From NCBI GenBank assembly GCA_002730095.1, contig PBZE01000019.1, forward strand, positions 9,071 to 73,070: a stretch of DNA of 64,000 nucleotides, given 5' to 3'. How positions within the stretch are numbered: the first letter of the stretch is position 1; each line of letters opens with the position of its first letter. The stretch comes from Methanobacteriota archaeon. Its GTDB lineage: Archaea; Thermoplasmatota; Poseidoniia; Poseidoniales; Thalassarchaeaceae. Shown here piece after piece: positions 9,729 to 20,773 of this stretch. Below the pieces are notes generated by a model. It saw only the letters and a program-made list of their open reading frames with translations. It did not search any database and was not told the origin of the DNA. The translations under genes and the position numbers were made by a program.

Positions 9729-10664
9729 ATGGAGAGAGGCACGCGAGCCACCTTCCTGGGGCTGGATGAGAAGGAGGAAGGCCCCTGGGACATCGTAATC
9801 CTCCCCATACCTTTCGAGATGACAACAAGTTGGATCGAGGGTACTGAGCTGGGGCCTGCTGCGTGTATTGAGGCTAGCTCTCAAGTCGAGCTTTTTGATC
9901 CGATTCTCCCTGAAGAGCTACCGTGTGGACTGTCTTTCCACACATCTGATCCATGGAGCTCTGAAGCTGGGACGCTCATGGAGCAGCTGAGTTCCATCAA
10001 GAAGTTCTTCTCTCGATGGGTAGGGGATGCATTTCCCCTAATTTTAGGCGGAGAGCATGGAATTCTTCCTCCTTTGATGGATGCATTGTCTGAGCATCCA
10101 AAACTAAATGGGGATATGTCTGGATTGACATTAATTCAGATTGATGCACACGCTGATCTGAGAGAAGAACTGAATGGTGAGAGATTTTCTCATGGGACCG
10201 CGATCCGTAGATCATTGGATGCTGGGATAGGCAGGGTAATTCAAATCGGAACACGGGCCCTTTCAGAGGAAGAGGCGATATTTTCTGACAATGATGATAG
10301 GATTGAAACTTGGTATGCAAGAGATATCTTAGGTGTCACCGGAGGTAAAGTCGGATGGGAAAAAATGCTAGATAGTTTATCCGGCATATCGGGTCCTGTG
10401 TGGATAACCTTCGATATAGACGGACTTGACGGGAAATTGGTTCCATCGACAGGAACACCTGTTCCGGGAGGGTTGTCACATTGGGCTGCTGTTGAGATAA
10501 TTGAGAGGATTTTTTCAGCTCCAGAAGCTGATGTGCTTGGAGCAGATGTGAATGAAATTGCTCCAGGAAAAGACGGCCCGCTGACTGAATTCAATGCCGC
10601 ATTAATAGCGACTAAAATAATCTCATGCCATACTGCAATATTACTGGATAAAAAGGGAGAATGA
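9729..10664 (+). CDS. speB: Agmatinase / ureohydrolase (arginase family)
   Basis: Arginase-family Mn-binding motifs are present: GGEHGIL, IQIDAHADL and ITFDIDGLD. Confidence 0.75.
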   Translation: MERGTRATFLGLDEKEEGPWDIVILPIPFEMTTSWIEGTELGPAACIEASSQVELFDPILPEELPCGLSFHTSDPWSSEAGTLMEQLSSIKKFFSRWVGDAFPLILGGEHGILPPLMDALSEHPKLNGDMSGLTLIQIDAHADLREELNGERFSHGTAIRRSLDAGIGRVIQIGTRALSEEEAIFSDNDDRIETWYARDILGVTGGKVGWEKMLDSLSGISGPVWITFDIDGLDGKLVPSTGTPVPGGLSHWAAVEIIERIFSAPEADVLGADVNEIAPGKDGPLTEFNAALIATKIISCHTAILLDKKGE

Positions 10665-10671
10665 TTGTATC

Positions 10672-12168
10672 TTGTCAACGCCTCAGTCGAACATGCGGCG
10701 CTGGCTGACCGTATTGGTCCTATCTTCATTGATGTTCACTTCGATTTCCCCCGTAGCTACTGCTCAGATTGGCCAGCCAGATATTATCCAAGAGCACTGG
10801 TACCACTCCTACGCAACCCTAACTCTTGATCTAAATGAATGGGCGGAAGACCACCCGGATGTTGTCAAGCTTTTCAGCATAGGCCTGACTGAATTGGGAA
10901 GAGAAATTTGGATGCTACAAATCTCTGATTGGGAGGGGGGTGCTTGTTTATCAAGCGAATTAGATGAGTGCGAACACTTCAAGGAAACCGGCGAAGGAGA
11001 GTTGGAAAGGAAAGAAGTTGTGTACATAGATGGTGGCCATCACGGCAATGAACACCTTGGTACAGAGCTTGCCTTTCTAGTCGCTGAGTATTACATCGAG
11101 GGCTGGTCGAATGGCGAACAAGACGTACTAGATGTGTTGGCAACTACTGAGTTACACATTCTAATCATGCTTAATGCAGACGGAAACGACTTCGACACAA
11201 GATGGAATGTTAACCAAGTTGATTTGAATAGAAACTATGACCACTATTGGAACACCTGTGATTCTACTCAACCTGGAACTTCAGCATTCAGTGAGTCGGA
11301 GACTCTGGCTAATTCGATTTACATGAACGAAGTAGTTCCCCATGCCGATTTATACATCACTATGCACACAGGGGTTTGGATCATGCTCTATCCTTGGGGC
11401 AAGTGGCCAGAGCAACCTTCTGACTGGGAAATGTACCACCATATCAGAGATGAGGTCAATTCGAACATTTCTGAAATCCCAATTCGTAATGCCAACCAAG
11501 GACTCTATCCTAATTGCGGAACCAGCCGAGATTATGGCTACGGCGTGATGGGATATCCTACATTTACCTTTGAGACTGATGATGAGCAGTTCTTACTAGG
11601 GACAGTAGAGGCACTCTCCGACAGACTGGGAGAGGAGCTCGATGTTATGCATTACCTCATCGAAAATGTATGGTACTGGAGAGCTCGTCTTGTAGTCGAA
11701 TCCTTGGAGGTTGAAGATGGGAAGGTGCACCTGAGCGTATCTAACCTAGGGCACTCTAGTACGTCGAATGCGACGCTTCTATATTTTGAAAGTGGAGATT
11801 CAACTGAGTTCTGGCTTCCTGGTTCAGATGAACCCATGGAAGTAACAGGAACTATGGACATACAGGATAGAAGATCAGATTTCAACTTCTCCGCTCCCGG
11901 ATATGGATTCGCGGTCAATGCCACTAATAGCACCTCAACAACCCTCGATTTCACGGACGCGCCAATCTCCGGCGAGGGGGTTTGGGCCCTTTACTATCAA
12001 AAGAGAGTGATTGATTCCTCGATGTGGACTGAGGAGTTGATTGGCGAGAGCGTTACTGAGATTAAGGCTGGTAACTCAGGCATTCTTCCCGGGCCTACAA
12101 TGGTGCTTGTCTTCGTCGCATTCGCTCTAGCTGCAATCAATAGAAGAAATGATGAAAAAGATGAGTAG
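10672..12168 (+). CDS. Secreted M14-family zinc carboxypeptidase, membrane-anchored by a C-terminal TM helix
   Basis: It has a signal peptide. GGHHGNEHLGTE matches the HxxE zinc site, LNADGNDF the NPDG-like motif, and MHTGVWIMLYPWG the third zinc ligand region. The C-terminus has a hydrophobic helix followed by RRNDEKDE. Confidence 0.7.
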   Translation: MSTPQSNMRRWLTVLVLSSLMFTSISPVATAQIGQPDIIQEHWYHSYATLTLDLNEWAEDHPDVVKLFSIGLTELGREIWMLQISDWEGGACLSSELDECEHFKETGEGELERKEVVYIDGGHHGNEHLGTELAFLVAEYYIEGWSNGEQDVLDVLATTELHILIMLNADGNDFDTRWNVNQVDLNRNYDHYWNTCDSTQPGTSAFSESETLANSIYMNEVVPHADLYITMHTGVWIMLYPWGKWPEQPSDWEMYHHIRDEVNSNISEIPIRNANQGLYPNCGTSRDYGYGVMGYPTFTFETDDEQFLLGTVEALSDRLGEELDVMHYLIENVWYWRARLVVESLEVEDGKVHLSVSNLGHSSTSNATLLYFESGDSTEFWLPGSDEPMEVTGTMDIQDRRSDFNFSAPGYGFAVNATNSTSTTLDFTDAPISGEGVWALYYQKRVIDSSMWTEELIGESVTEIKAGNSGILPGPTMVLVFVAFALAAINRRNDEKDE

Positions 12169-12251
12169 TTTACTTTAGTTATATATCAATTATGACTCTA
12201 AATTGACATTTTGTGATAGAATTGTTTGTAAACTAGTACCTAATCGTATAG

Positions 12252-13787
12252 TTGGTTCTATTTATGGAGATAAGCAACGGTGAGTTTACAGAATTGGGAA
12301 AACAATTGATTTTACCTCTTTTCAAAGGCGTAGAAAGAGCTCCAAACAACTCCCTGTCAGGATTATCAAGGATTCAGAGAGGGCTGGTCAGAGACGCATT
12401 GATCTCAGGCGGCTTCGCAGGGAAGAAGAGCGAGAGAATGGCATTATGGACACCGGAGTGCAATATTGTACTTGTTGGAATGGGTCCCAAAAATGGTTTG
12501 GATCACAAAGTTGCTCGTGATGCTGGGGCCAATATTATCGCTTCATTATCCAAGAAAAATGGAGTTGAGGTTACGGTAAGGTTCACTTCGGGGTGGACAG
12601 GAGATAGGATGTTAGATTTCGCTGAAGGAATGATGCTTCGTGATTATGAGTTCTTAGAGCACCAGGAAGTCCCAGATGATCATATAAGTAAGAATTGGGA
12701 GGTTAATTTCCAAGCCAGTTCGAGATATCAGGAAATTCTTTCTATGGAGCTCGAGAGAGTTCACTCAGTTGTCAAGGGAGTGCATCTAGCACGTGATCTA
12801 GGGAACGAGCCAGCTAACGTTCTCTATCCCATGGAGTATGCGAGAAGGGCTTTGGAATGGGCTGAAGGGAAAGAAAATGTGTCTGTCGAAGTCTATGACT
12901 GGGATAAGTTGCATGAGCTTGGTATGGGAGGCCTGATTAATGTTGGAAAGGGCAGTGAAAGAAGGCCATGCATGGTACTTTTTACACTTAATCCAGATGC
13001 TGATGAGGGAGTTCAGAGACCCTGTATTGTAGGGAAGGGGATAACCTTTGACACTGGAGGAATATCGATTAAGCCCACTAGTGGAATGTGGGATATGAAG
13101 TACGATATGTGTGGAGCAGCAACTGTTTTCGGGCTCATGGATGCACTTTATTCCACCGGATACAAGAGGCGTGTGAATGGAATCTCCTGTCTTGCTGAGA
13201 ATATGCCAGGTTCTGGTGCTTATCGTCCAGGAGATGTATTCAAAACATATTCGGGTAAGACCATTGAGGTATTCAGTACGGATGCAGAGGGTAGGAATGT
13301 GCTTTCTGACGGCCTGTGGAAGGCAGGAGAGTTTGATCCGGAGTATATCGTGGACTTGGCTACCTTGACCGGAGCCGTGATTGTGGCTTTGGGAAACCAG
13401 ATTTCTGGAATGTGGTCAAATAATGAGGAGGTTGCTTCTAAACTCAAAAATGCAGCAGAGAGAAGCGGTGAGCCAGTCTGGAGAATGCCGTTGAACGATC
13501 AGTTCCGAAAGTACATGACTGACTCCGCATTTGCGGACATAAGAAACGGATCAATAGGAGGCAGGGCAGGTTCATCGAACACCGCTGCCGCGTTCCTAGA
13601 ATTCTTCGTTCCCAATAGGGGATTCGACAAAGACGGTGAGAAGATACCATGGGTACACCTCGATATTGCCGGATCGGCGTGGGGCCCAGGTTCAAAGGCT
13701 CGGTCAGAGAGTGTGAATCCCCTGTTCCAGTATGGAACATCTGGGATACACGTCAGGACTCTTCATAGACTAATTACAGAAAATTGA
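12252..13787 (+). CDS. pepA: Leucyl aminopeptidase (M17, PepA)
   Basis: Motifs VGKGITFDTGGISIKP and MKYDMCGAA are present, along with the NTDAEGR-like TDAEGR. Confidence 0.85.
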   Translation: MVLFMEISNGEFTELGKQLILPLFKGVERAPNNSLSGLSRIQRGLVRDALISGGFAGKKSERMALWTPECNIVLVGMGPKNGLDHKVARDAGANIIASLSKKNGVEVTVRFTSGWTGDRMLDFAEGMMLRDYEFLEHQEVPDDHISKNWEVNFQASSRYQEILSMELERVHSVVKGVHLARDLGNEPANVLYPMEYARRALEWAEGKENVSVEVYDWDKLHELGMGGLINVGKGSERRPCMVLFTLNPDADEGVQRPCIVGKGITFDTGGISIKPTSGMWDMKYDMCGAATVFGLMDALYSTGYKRRVNGISCLAENMPGSGAYRPGDVFKTYSGKTIEVFSTDAEGRNVLSDGLWKAGEFDPEYIVDLATLTGAVIVALGNQISGMWSNNEEVASKLKNAAERSGEPVWRMPLNDQFRKYMTDSAFADIRNGSIGGRAGSSNTAAAFLEFFVPNRGFDKDGEKIPWVHLDIAGSAWGPGSKARSESVNPLFQYGTSGIHVRTLHRLITEN

Positions 13788-15668
13788 CTACTCATCGGAG
13801 TCTTCTGAATCGACTTCCTGAAAGTCGGCTTCTACGACATCGTCAGAGTCTCCAGATTCCTGTTCTTCTGCCATTTCTGCTGCAGCAGCTTCGTATAGCT
13901 TGGTCGAAACTTCGTGGAGAGCCTCTTCGACTTCTGCCATCTTTGCCTGAACTGCAGCCTCATCTAATTCATCGACATCAATTGTTTTGTCATCTTTAGT
14001 GATCAATGACCTCAGTTCCTCTAGCTTAGCATGGATAGGTTCAGTATCTAGATCTGAGACCTTTTCGGCCGCTTCCTTGAGCATCTTGGATGACTGATAT
14101 ACCATTCCATCTGCAGAATTGATTAGGGTGACTCCAGCTTTCCTCCTCTTGTCCTCAGAAGCGAACTCTTCGGCCTCAGAAATCTTTGCGTTTATCTCGT
14201 CTTCGGATAAAGAGGTCTGACTTTCAATCTTGATTGACTGTTCGGTTCCAGTACCAAGGTCTTTGGCCGACACATTGACAATCCCATTGGCATCAATATC
14301 GAAAGTAACTTCGATTTGAGGAATTCCTCTTGGAGAAGGAGGGATACCCATCAGATGGAACCTCCCGAGAGTGATATTGTCCTTAGCGAACTCTCTCTCG
14401 CCCTGTAACACGTGAACTTCGACCGCGGGCTGGTTATCAGCTGCTGTAGAGAAAGTCTCGGATCTACGAGTTGGTATCGTGGTATTTCTCTCGATCATCG
14501 TGGTCATTATCCCCCCCAGGGTCTCAATGCCTAAGGTCAACGGGGTTACATCGAGAAGAAGGACATCGGTCACTCCCTCGTCTCCAGTGATGATTCCTGC
14601 TTGGAGGACCGCCCCGACTGCAACAGCTTCATCGGGGTTTATTCCCTTGAATGGTGGCTTTCCAACTTCCTCCTCTATTGCTTCTTGAACAGCAGGAACC
14701 CTGGTTGAACCACCAACAAGTATGACCTTGTCGACATTTCCTTTCTTGATACCTGCATCCTTCATTGCCCTACGAGTGGGAGCCATTGTCCTCTCCACTA
14801 GAGCTTCAATTAGGCTCTCAAACTTGGCTCTAGAAAGTGAGATGTCTAGATGCTCAGGCTGACCATCACTGTTCATGGTGATGAATGGAAGATTGATTTG
14901 GGTAGTAGTAGTGCCCGAGAGTTCTATTTTGGCCTTCTCAGCAGCTTCTCTCAGCCTAGTAATTGCCGTTACGTCACTAGAAAGATCTATTCCAGTCGAT
15001 TTCTTGAATTCCGACACCAGCCAATCGATGACGACTTCATCGAAATCATCCCCTCCAAGTCGGTTATCCCCACTGGTGGCCTTGACCTCGATTTGGGGCT
15101 GACCATCAACTTGATAGATTTCGAGGACTGATACATCAAATGTCCCGCCTCCCAGATCATATACCAATATTGTCTGATCATCGTCTTTGTCTACCCCATA
15201 CGCAAGGGCTGCCGCAGTAGGCTCGTTTATAATTCTGAGAACCTCTAGCCCTGCGATCCTTCCAGCATCCTTTGTTGCCTGTCTTTGGGCATCGGTGAAG
15301 TACGCGGGGCACGTGATCACGGCTTGCTTCACTTCTCGTCCAAGATAGTCTTCAGCATCCGATTTTAATTTCTGGAGAATGAAAGCTGAAATCTCCTGGG
15401 GAGTATACTCAGAGTCATCAATATCTGTTTTCCAATCAGTCCCCATCTCTCTCTTGACGGACATGATGGTTCTTTCAGAGTTGGTTACAGCTTGACGCTT
15501 TGCAGTTATTCCTACAACTCTATCTCCACCATTCTTAGAAAATGCGACGACGCTTGGTGTTGTCCTCGATCCTTCAGAATTTGGTATTACCACGGGTTTA
15601 CCCGCTTCAAGCGTCGCTACACAGCTATTTGTCGTTCCTAAATCTATTCCAATTACTGGTCCAGTCAT
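13788..15668 (-). CDS. dnaK: Molecular chaperone DnaK (Hsp70)
   Basis: The N-terminus [13 protein letters not shown], the motif DLGGGTFD and the overall 626-aa architecture match Hsp70. The C-terminal tail is acidic. Confidence 0.95.
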   Translation of the reverse strand: MTGPVIGIDLGTTNSCVATLEAGKPVVIPNSEGSRTTPSVVAFSKNGGDRVVGITAKRQAVTNSERTIMSVKREMGTDWKTDIDDSEYTPQEISAFILQKLKSDAEDYLGREVKQAVITCPAYFTDAQRQATKDAGRIAGLEVLRIINEPTAAALAYGVDKDDDQTILVYDLGGGTFDVSVLEIYQVDGQPQIEVKATSGDNRLGGDDFDEVVIDWLVSEFKKSTGIDLSSDVTAITRLREAAEKAKIELSGTTTTQINLPFITMNSDGQPEHLDISLSRAKFESLIEALVERTMAPTRRAMKDAGIKKGNVDKVILVGGSTRVPAVQEAIEEEVGKPPFKGINPDEAVAVGAVLQAGIITGDEGVTDVLLLDVTPLTLGIETLGGIMTTMIERNTTIPTRRSETFSTAADNQPAVEVHVLQGEREFAKDNITLGRFHLMGIPPSPRGIPQIEVTFDIDANGIVNVSAKDLGTGTEQSIKIESQTSLSEDEINAKISEAEEFASEDKRRKAGVTLINSADGMVYQSSKMLKEAAEKVSDLDTEPIHAKLEELRSLITKDDKTIDVDELDEAAVQAKMAEVEEALHEVSTKLYEAAAAEMAEEQESGDSDDVVEADFQEVDSEDSDE

Positions 15669-15690
15669 TTTTATTCCTCCGTTTGATAGG

Positions 15691-16287
15691 CTAAGCCTTA
15701 TCGAAAATGATGTCTAGAATACCATTGTTCAGGCTCCATTCCGAGACTGAAGATGCTTCTTGTGGCAGATTGATACTCTTGATTGGTCTAAGTTGAGTTC
15801 TCCTCATTATCTGGAGGACTTTGCCGCCATGAGACAGAATCAACTCGAAGCTGCTTTCATCTAAATCAACAATATTTGAGACGTCTATAGTAACGAACAT
15901 TGATTCCCCATCAATGTAAGTATCTTCCAGTGGAACATCGGACTCTTCAACTTGGTCATCCTCGATTACCACCTCTGCAGGCTCTTGATCGGGACCAACC
16001 TGAACATTGATCCCCATGTTCTTGAATATCTCCGAGAATCCCTCTGGATGATTCATGAAAGCTTCCATTTGCTTCCTGAAGTTCTCTGGATCTCCTTGAA
16101 AGTTCATTTTTACATTGCTGTTGTAGATACTCTCTGCATCAATGCCCATACTTTCGAATTGCTGACGAATTCTAGAGATTGTATCTTCCAGTTCCGATCT
16201 GTCAATTGGCATGCCCATCTGGCTGAAGAGATTTAGCATCTGCTGAATCATTTTTTCTTCCCATTCGTCAGAGTTGGAGCTGCTCAT
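15691..16287 (-). CDS. Small heat-shock protein (Hsp20/alpha-crystallin-like C-terminal domain) with a Met-rich repeat N-domain
   Basis: The C-terminal ~80 aa ([10 protein letters not shown]...INLPQEAS...[10 protein letters not shown]) resembles an alpha-crystallin domain. The N-terminus contains three F-x-x-MG-I/M motifs. The gene sits where grpE is usually found, but no GrpE signature is present. Confidence 0.5.
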   Translation of the reverse strand: MSSSNSDEWEEKMIQQMLNLFSQMGMPIDRSELEDTISRIRQQFESMGIDAESIYNSNVKMNFQGDPENFRKQMEAFMNHPEGFSEIFKNMGINVQVGPDQEPAEVVIEDDQVEESDVPLEDTYIDGESMFVTIDVSNIVDLDESSFELILSHGGKVLQIMRRTQLRPIKSINLPQEASSVSEWSLNNGILDIIFDKA

Positions 16288-16331
16288 TCAATCACTACTT
16301 AACCATCGGTTGTATAGTGGGAATGTACTCC

Positions 16332-16339
16332 AATATATG
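16332..16339 (-). promoter_or_regulatory. TATA-like element (AATATATG) about 45 nt upstream of the sHSP-dnaK start, inside the divergent sHSP/thermosome intergenic region
   Basis: The AT-rich octamer is read directly. It is the only such element in the 126-bp divergent region 16288..16413. Confidence 0.25.
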
Positions 16340-16413
16340 AACATACGTATTATCTGAAGCAAGAATTAGAAGAATTGAGTTGTTTGGGCAATGGAGAGTT
16401 TGAAATCTAGTGC

Positions 16414-18042
16414 TTGATTCCGAGTATCATGGTGCAGGCTGAACATGATGTTGCAATACAAGACACCGACAGATTAGAGGGTCGTGCAGCATTGGTGAAC
16501 AACGTCAAGGCTGCCGTTGCTCTTGCGGGTGCGGTAAGGTCAACTCTAGGGCCTAGAGGATTAGACAAGATGCTAGTAGATGGTGATGGGAGTAGTCTAG
16601 TTACGAACGACGGAGTTACTGTAATTGAGACTGCTAGAGTTGAGCATCCTACTGCAAGACTGCTGATTTCGGCCTCTTCATCACAGGACAAAGCTGCCAG
16701 AGATGGCACCACATCTACAGTCGTCCTGACTGCAGAGTTACTGCAGAATTCTCTGGAGCTAGTTAGGATGGGGGTTCATCCATCTACTATAATCAATGGG
16801 TATTTACTGGCTGAAAGGGAGTCAATTTCTGAGCTTGAGAGAGTATCAAGAGAGACTATTTCTCCTGAAGAGATGAAATCAGTAATCTCCACTACTTTAG
16901 CCGGGAAGATAAGTAGTGCATTGGCATCCCATATCACGGATATCGCATTGGAGGCCGCCGAGATACTTTCAGAGGAGAATGGGGGCGATGATCTGGAAAG
17001 ATTGAGAGTCAAGAGGCTCGAGGTTAGTGGAGGACTATCGACAGACAGTACTTTGATCAAAGGACTAATGATAGCGAAAACAAGGGTCGATATGGGGACC
17101 CCTAGATCTTCTGGAGAAGGGACGATAGCCATCATAGATGGTGGTTTGGAAAATGCAAAGTTGGAAATGGAAGCTGAGATAGAAGTAAGTAGTCCCGGTG
17201 TTCTCAGAGATTTCCATGAGAGATCTATTGCTAATCTCAGGAAGTCAGTTGATCATCTTTCATCACTAGGCGTAGATCTCCTCATTGTCAGAGATGGAGT
17301 CTCTGATGAAGCAGTGCCAATGTTGTCTGATAAGGGAATCACATCTTACAGGAGATTTGAGAGAATCGACCTGGAGATTCTTTCTAGGATCACAGGGGCG
17401 CGAATTATCAGAGACCCTCTGCGAATATCGGAGGAAGATCTTGGTACTTTCACCAATAGGGAAGAGGAGTCGATTGCTGGGGTGACTCATACGACTATCG
17501 AAGGTCCCGAACGAGGGGCCCTGACCGTAGTCTTCAGAGGGACCTCTCCACACATCAGAGAAGAGGTCATGAGGGCTTTTGATGATGCTATGGGCGTCTC
17601 ATTCAGAATGGTCAGGGACTCAAGAGTTGTTCCTGGAGGCGGGGCAATACAAATCCATCTTGCTAGGCACATTAGGGCGTTTGCCCTAGGGAATCCTGGA
17701 CGTGAGCAATTGGCAATAGAAGGATATGCAGCAGCTCTTGAGGTCATTCCTAGAGCTCTGGCTGAGAATGCAGGGCTGGACCCGATAGATGTGGTTCTAG
17801 ATTTATCTGCTGCGCAGGCATCTGATCAAAATAATGGATCTTGGATTGGGCTTGATGCCACTACGGGAAGGAAGGTCAGAATGGATGAGATCGGAATCTT
17901 CGACCCTCTGTTTGTTACAAGTCACTCGATCTCTGGTTCCACAGAGGCCGCGATCAGTATTCTGAGAATCAATGATGTGTTGTGGGCAAAGCAGGATCCA
18001 ACAACTCCTGATTGGAAAGATGAAGAGGATCAAGAAGACTGA
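16414..18042 (+). CDS. ths: Thermosome subunit (group II chaperonin)
   Basis: The motif LGPRGLDKMLVD and the ATP-binding GDGTTS-like motifs match the group II chaperonin. The protein is 542 aa with an acidic C-terminus. Confidence 0.95.
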   Translation: MIPSIMVQAEHDVAIQDTDRLEGRAALVNNVKAAVALAGAVRSTLGPRGLDKMLVDGDGSSLVTNDGVTVIETARVEHPTARLLISASSSQDKAARDGTTSTVVLTAELLQNSLELVRMGVHPSTIINGYLLAERESISELERVSRETISPEEMKSVISTTLAGKISSALASHITDIALEAAEILSEENGGDDLERLRVKRLEVSGGLSTDSTLIKGLMIAKTRVDMGTPRSSGEGTIAIIDGGLENAKLEMEAEIEVSSPGVLRDFHERSIANLRKSVDHLSSLGVDLLIVRDGVSDEAVPMLSDKGITSYRRFERIDLEILSRITGARIIRDPLRISEEDLGTFTNREEESIAGVTHTTIEGPERGALTVVFRGTSPHIREEVMRAFDDAMGVSFRMVRDSRVVPGGGAIQIHLARHIRAFALGNPGREQLAIEGYAAALEVIPRALAENAGLDPIDVVLDLSAAQASDQNNGSWIGLDATTGRKVRMDEIGIFDPLFVTSHSISGSTEAAISILRINDVLWAKQDPTTPDWKDEEDQED

Positions 18043-18995
18043 TTTTTTCTTAGATTATCTATCATCTCATCGACCATTCTGTCTAAATCGAATTCCGCCT
18101 GCCATCCCCAATCTTTCTTGGCTGGGCCATCATCTATGTCATCAGGCCAAGAGTCTGCCACTTCTTGTCTGAAGTCTGGATTGAAATCACATGTGAATTC
18201 AGGAATCCTCTCAGAGATCTTATCGGCCAATTCACCCGCGGTGAATGAGATGCCTCTGACATTGTAACCGGCTCTAGAAGGGCCCAATCTGCTCCCATCC
18301 ACCTCCATTAGACATTCAGTGGCCCTAATTGCATCATCAATATACATCATTGGAAGTCTCGTATCCTCACTAACAAAGCAATCGTAATGCCCGTCCTTAA
18401 CTGCCGCATGGAAGATATCAACAGCATAGTCCGTGGTTCCTCCACCGGCGGGGGCCCTCCATGATATCAAGCCTGGGAACCTAAGGCCCCTGATGTCAAC
18501 CCCATATTGCTTGAAGTAGTTCATCCCTAAGACTTCTCCAGTTACCTTTGTTTTGCCATATATTGTGGTTGGGTTAAGGGGGGTTTTCTGGGAGGCAATA
18601 TTTGGAGAGTCGGGTCCGAAAACAGCTATTGATGACGGGGCGAAAACCTTCAGTCCGAAATCCCTAGCTGCTTCTAATACACTGACAGTGCCACCGACAT
18701 TGACTCTATGGCAAAGGTCGGGATTCTTCTCTCCTGCTGCAGATAATATCGCTGCAAGATGGAATACTGTCCCTATTCCCTCGTCTAGCACGATTTTCTC
18801 CAGTGCTTCTCCATCCAAAACGCTAAGATTACAAAATGGCCCGTCCGGAAAGTAAGATTCTTCGCTAGGTTCCCTGATATCTGTCGCCAAAACAGTATCT
18901 TTGCCGTACTTATTCCTAAGCGCAGAAACCAGTTCAGTTCCTATCTGACCCAATGCTCCTGTGACTAGTATTCTGTCCCCGGGCGGCTCGGCCAT
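18030..18995 (-). CDS. tdh: L-threonine 3-dehydrogenase, extended-SDR (UDP-glucose-4-epimerase-like) type
   Basis: The translation is collinear with mitochondrial and Thermoplasma-type TDH: ILVTGALGQIG...TIYGKTK...GGGTTDYAV...RLPMMYIDD...KDWGW. The ORF opens at 19079 and the start is probably MAEPPG at 18995. Confidence 0.8.
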   Translation of the reverse strand: MAEPPGDRILVTGALGQIGTELVSALRNKYGKDTVLATDIREPSEESYFPDGPFCNLSVLDGEALEKIVLDEGIGTVFHLAAILSAAGEKNPDLCHRVNVGGTVSVLEAARDFGLKVFAPSSIAVFGPDSPNIASQKTPLNPTTIYGKTKVTGEVLGMNYFKQYGVDIRGLRFPGLISWRAPAGGGTTDYAVDIFHAAVKDGHYDCFVSEDTRLPMMYIDDAIRATECLMEVDGSRLGPSRAGYNVRGISFTAGELADKISERIPEFTCDFNPDFRQEVADSWPDDIDDGPAKKDWGWQAEFDLDRMVDEMIDNLRKNQSS

Positions 18996-19102
18996 GAAAC
19001 TCCCCAAAGCTGGAGCTACTTGGTCATTGATGTCCAATATTGACCAATTGTTGTCCCAATGTTGATATGCGAGGCACAATGGCTTCAGACCCCGTTGATT
19101 AC

Positions 19103-20749
19103 ATGAAGTATGTCGTAGTTACGGGCGGAGTCCTGTCAGGATTGGGTAAAGGAGTGACTGCTAGTAGCATAGGGGTTCTCCTAAAATCGGCTGGATTGAG
19201 GGTGACTTCGATTAAGATCGATCCGTATCTGAATAGTGACGCTGGAACTATGTCCCCATTCGAACATGGGGAGGTATTCGTCCTCGATGATGGAGGCGAA
19301 GTGGATCTTGATTTGGGAAATTATGAGAGGTTTTTGGATGTAGCTCTGACGAGGGACAACAATATCACTACCGGAAAGGTATATGCCAATGTAATCGAGA
19401 AGGAGAGAAGGGGCGACTATCTCGGAAAGACGGTTCAGGTAGTTCCCCACATCACCAATGAGATTCAAGAATGGATAGAAAGAGTGGCTCACGTCCCAGC
19501 AGATGGTTCATCTGAGACTCCTGATGCATGCGTGATAGAGTTAGGAGGGACAGTTGGAGACATTGAAAGCGCCCCATTTATCGAAGCGTTACGACAATTC
19601 CAGTTTAGGGCGGGTAAAGGAAACGTCTGCTTTGTGCATGTTAGCTTGGTTCCAGTAATGGGACCAGTTGGTGAGCAGAAAACAAAGCCTACTCAGCATA
19701 CAGTGAAAGAATTAAGGGGATTGGGAATAATTCCCGATATTCTGGTTTGCAGATCAGAGAAACCTCTTGATTCTGAGACGAAGTCAAAATTGGCCGCATT
19801 CTGTCATGTGGGTGAAGATGCAGTTGTTTCCGCGCATGATGTTTCCAATCTCTACCAGATTCCAATTTCTCTCTTCGAACAATCCGTCCTAGGCAAAGTG
19901 TCGAGTCATTTGGGCTTTGAAGTTCCACAGAATTTACCAATTCTAGATGAATGGAAGGAGATGGCGGATAAAGTGGATACTCTTGAGGATCAAGTTAGAA
20001 TTGCTATGGTGGGAAAATATACCGGGCTTTCCGACTCGTACCTCTCTGTGATAAAAGCTCTACAGCATAGTGCATTCGCCGTTGATAGAAAATTGATAAT
20101 AGATTGGATAGAGTCTGCTGATCTAGATCCAAATGACAGGACGGACAGGTATGAAGAAGCTTGGAGAATCTTGAAGGAGGCGGATGGGATTTTGGTACCA
20201 GGAGGGTTTGGTAATCGTGGCGTCGAAGGTAAGATTGCTGCGGCAAATTATGCTAGAGTCAATAGGGTCCCATATCTTGGAGTATGTTTAGGCTTACAGA
20301 TAGCAACCATAGAGTTCTGTAGAAATGTTCTGAATTTGCACGGGGCTAACTCCGCTGAGTTCGATGAGGAAGCCCCGGTACATGCGGTAGTTTTCATGCC
20401 TGAAATTTCCAAGACACACATGGGAGGGACAATGAGATTAGGCTCGAAGCCCACTCCATTCTTAGTAGATGATTGCAAGATCAGGAGATTGTATGGGGAT
20501 GTGGATTATGTGGACGAGCGTCATAGGCATCGCTACGAGGTTAACCCTGATCTGATTGATAGAATTGAGTCTTCGGGACTGAAGTATGTTGGAAAGGATG
20601 AGACTGGTAAGAGGTGTGAGATTATGGAACTTGAAGGGCATCCGTATTATGTCGGCACTCAATATCATCCAGAGTTCAAATCTAGACCGGGGAGGCCGAG
20701 CCCTCCGTTCCTAGGCCTTCTGAAAGCTGCGTGTGGACAAGAAATCTAG
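19103..20749 (+). CDS. pyrG: CTP synthase
   Basis: The N-terminus [16 protein letters not shown] and the glutamine amidotransferase domain (GVCLGLQ) match PyrG. The ORF opens at 19040 and the start is probably the Met at 19103. Confidence 0.95.
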   Translation: MKYVVVTGGVLSGLGKGVTASSIGVLLKSAGLRVTSIKIDPYLNSDAGTMSPFEHGEVFVLDDGGEVDLDLGNYERFLDVALTRDNNITTGKVYANVIEKERRGDYLGKTVQVVPHITNEIQEWIERVAHVPADGSSETPDACVIELGGTVGDIESAPFIEALRQFQFRAGKGNVCFVHVSLVPVMGPVGEQKTKPTQHTVKELRGLGIIPDILVCRSEKPLDSETKSKLAAFCHVGEDAVVSAHDVSNLYQIPISLFEQSVLGKVSSHLGFEVPQNLPILDEWKEMADKVDTLEDQVRIAMVGKYTGLSDSYLSVIKALQHSAFAVDRKLIIDWIESADLDPNDRTDRYEEAWRILKEADGILVPGGFGNRGVEGKIAAANYARVNRVPYLGVCLGLQIATIEFCRNVLNLHGANSAEFDEEAPVHAVVFMPEISKTHMGGTMRLGSKPTPFLVDDCKIRRLYGDVDYVDERHRHRYEVNPDLIDRIESSGLKYVGKDETGKRCEIMELEGHPYYVGTQYHPEFKSRPGRPSPPFLGLLKAACGQEI

Positions 20750-20773
20750 TAGATTAAAATATTATTTCGCTTA

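Noticed and set aside
15691-16287. GrpE, suspected from its position immediately upstream of dnaK
   Set aside because: No GrpE C-terminal beta-domain signature is present. The C-terminal ~80 aa fit an alpha-crystallin domain instead.
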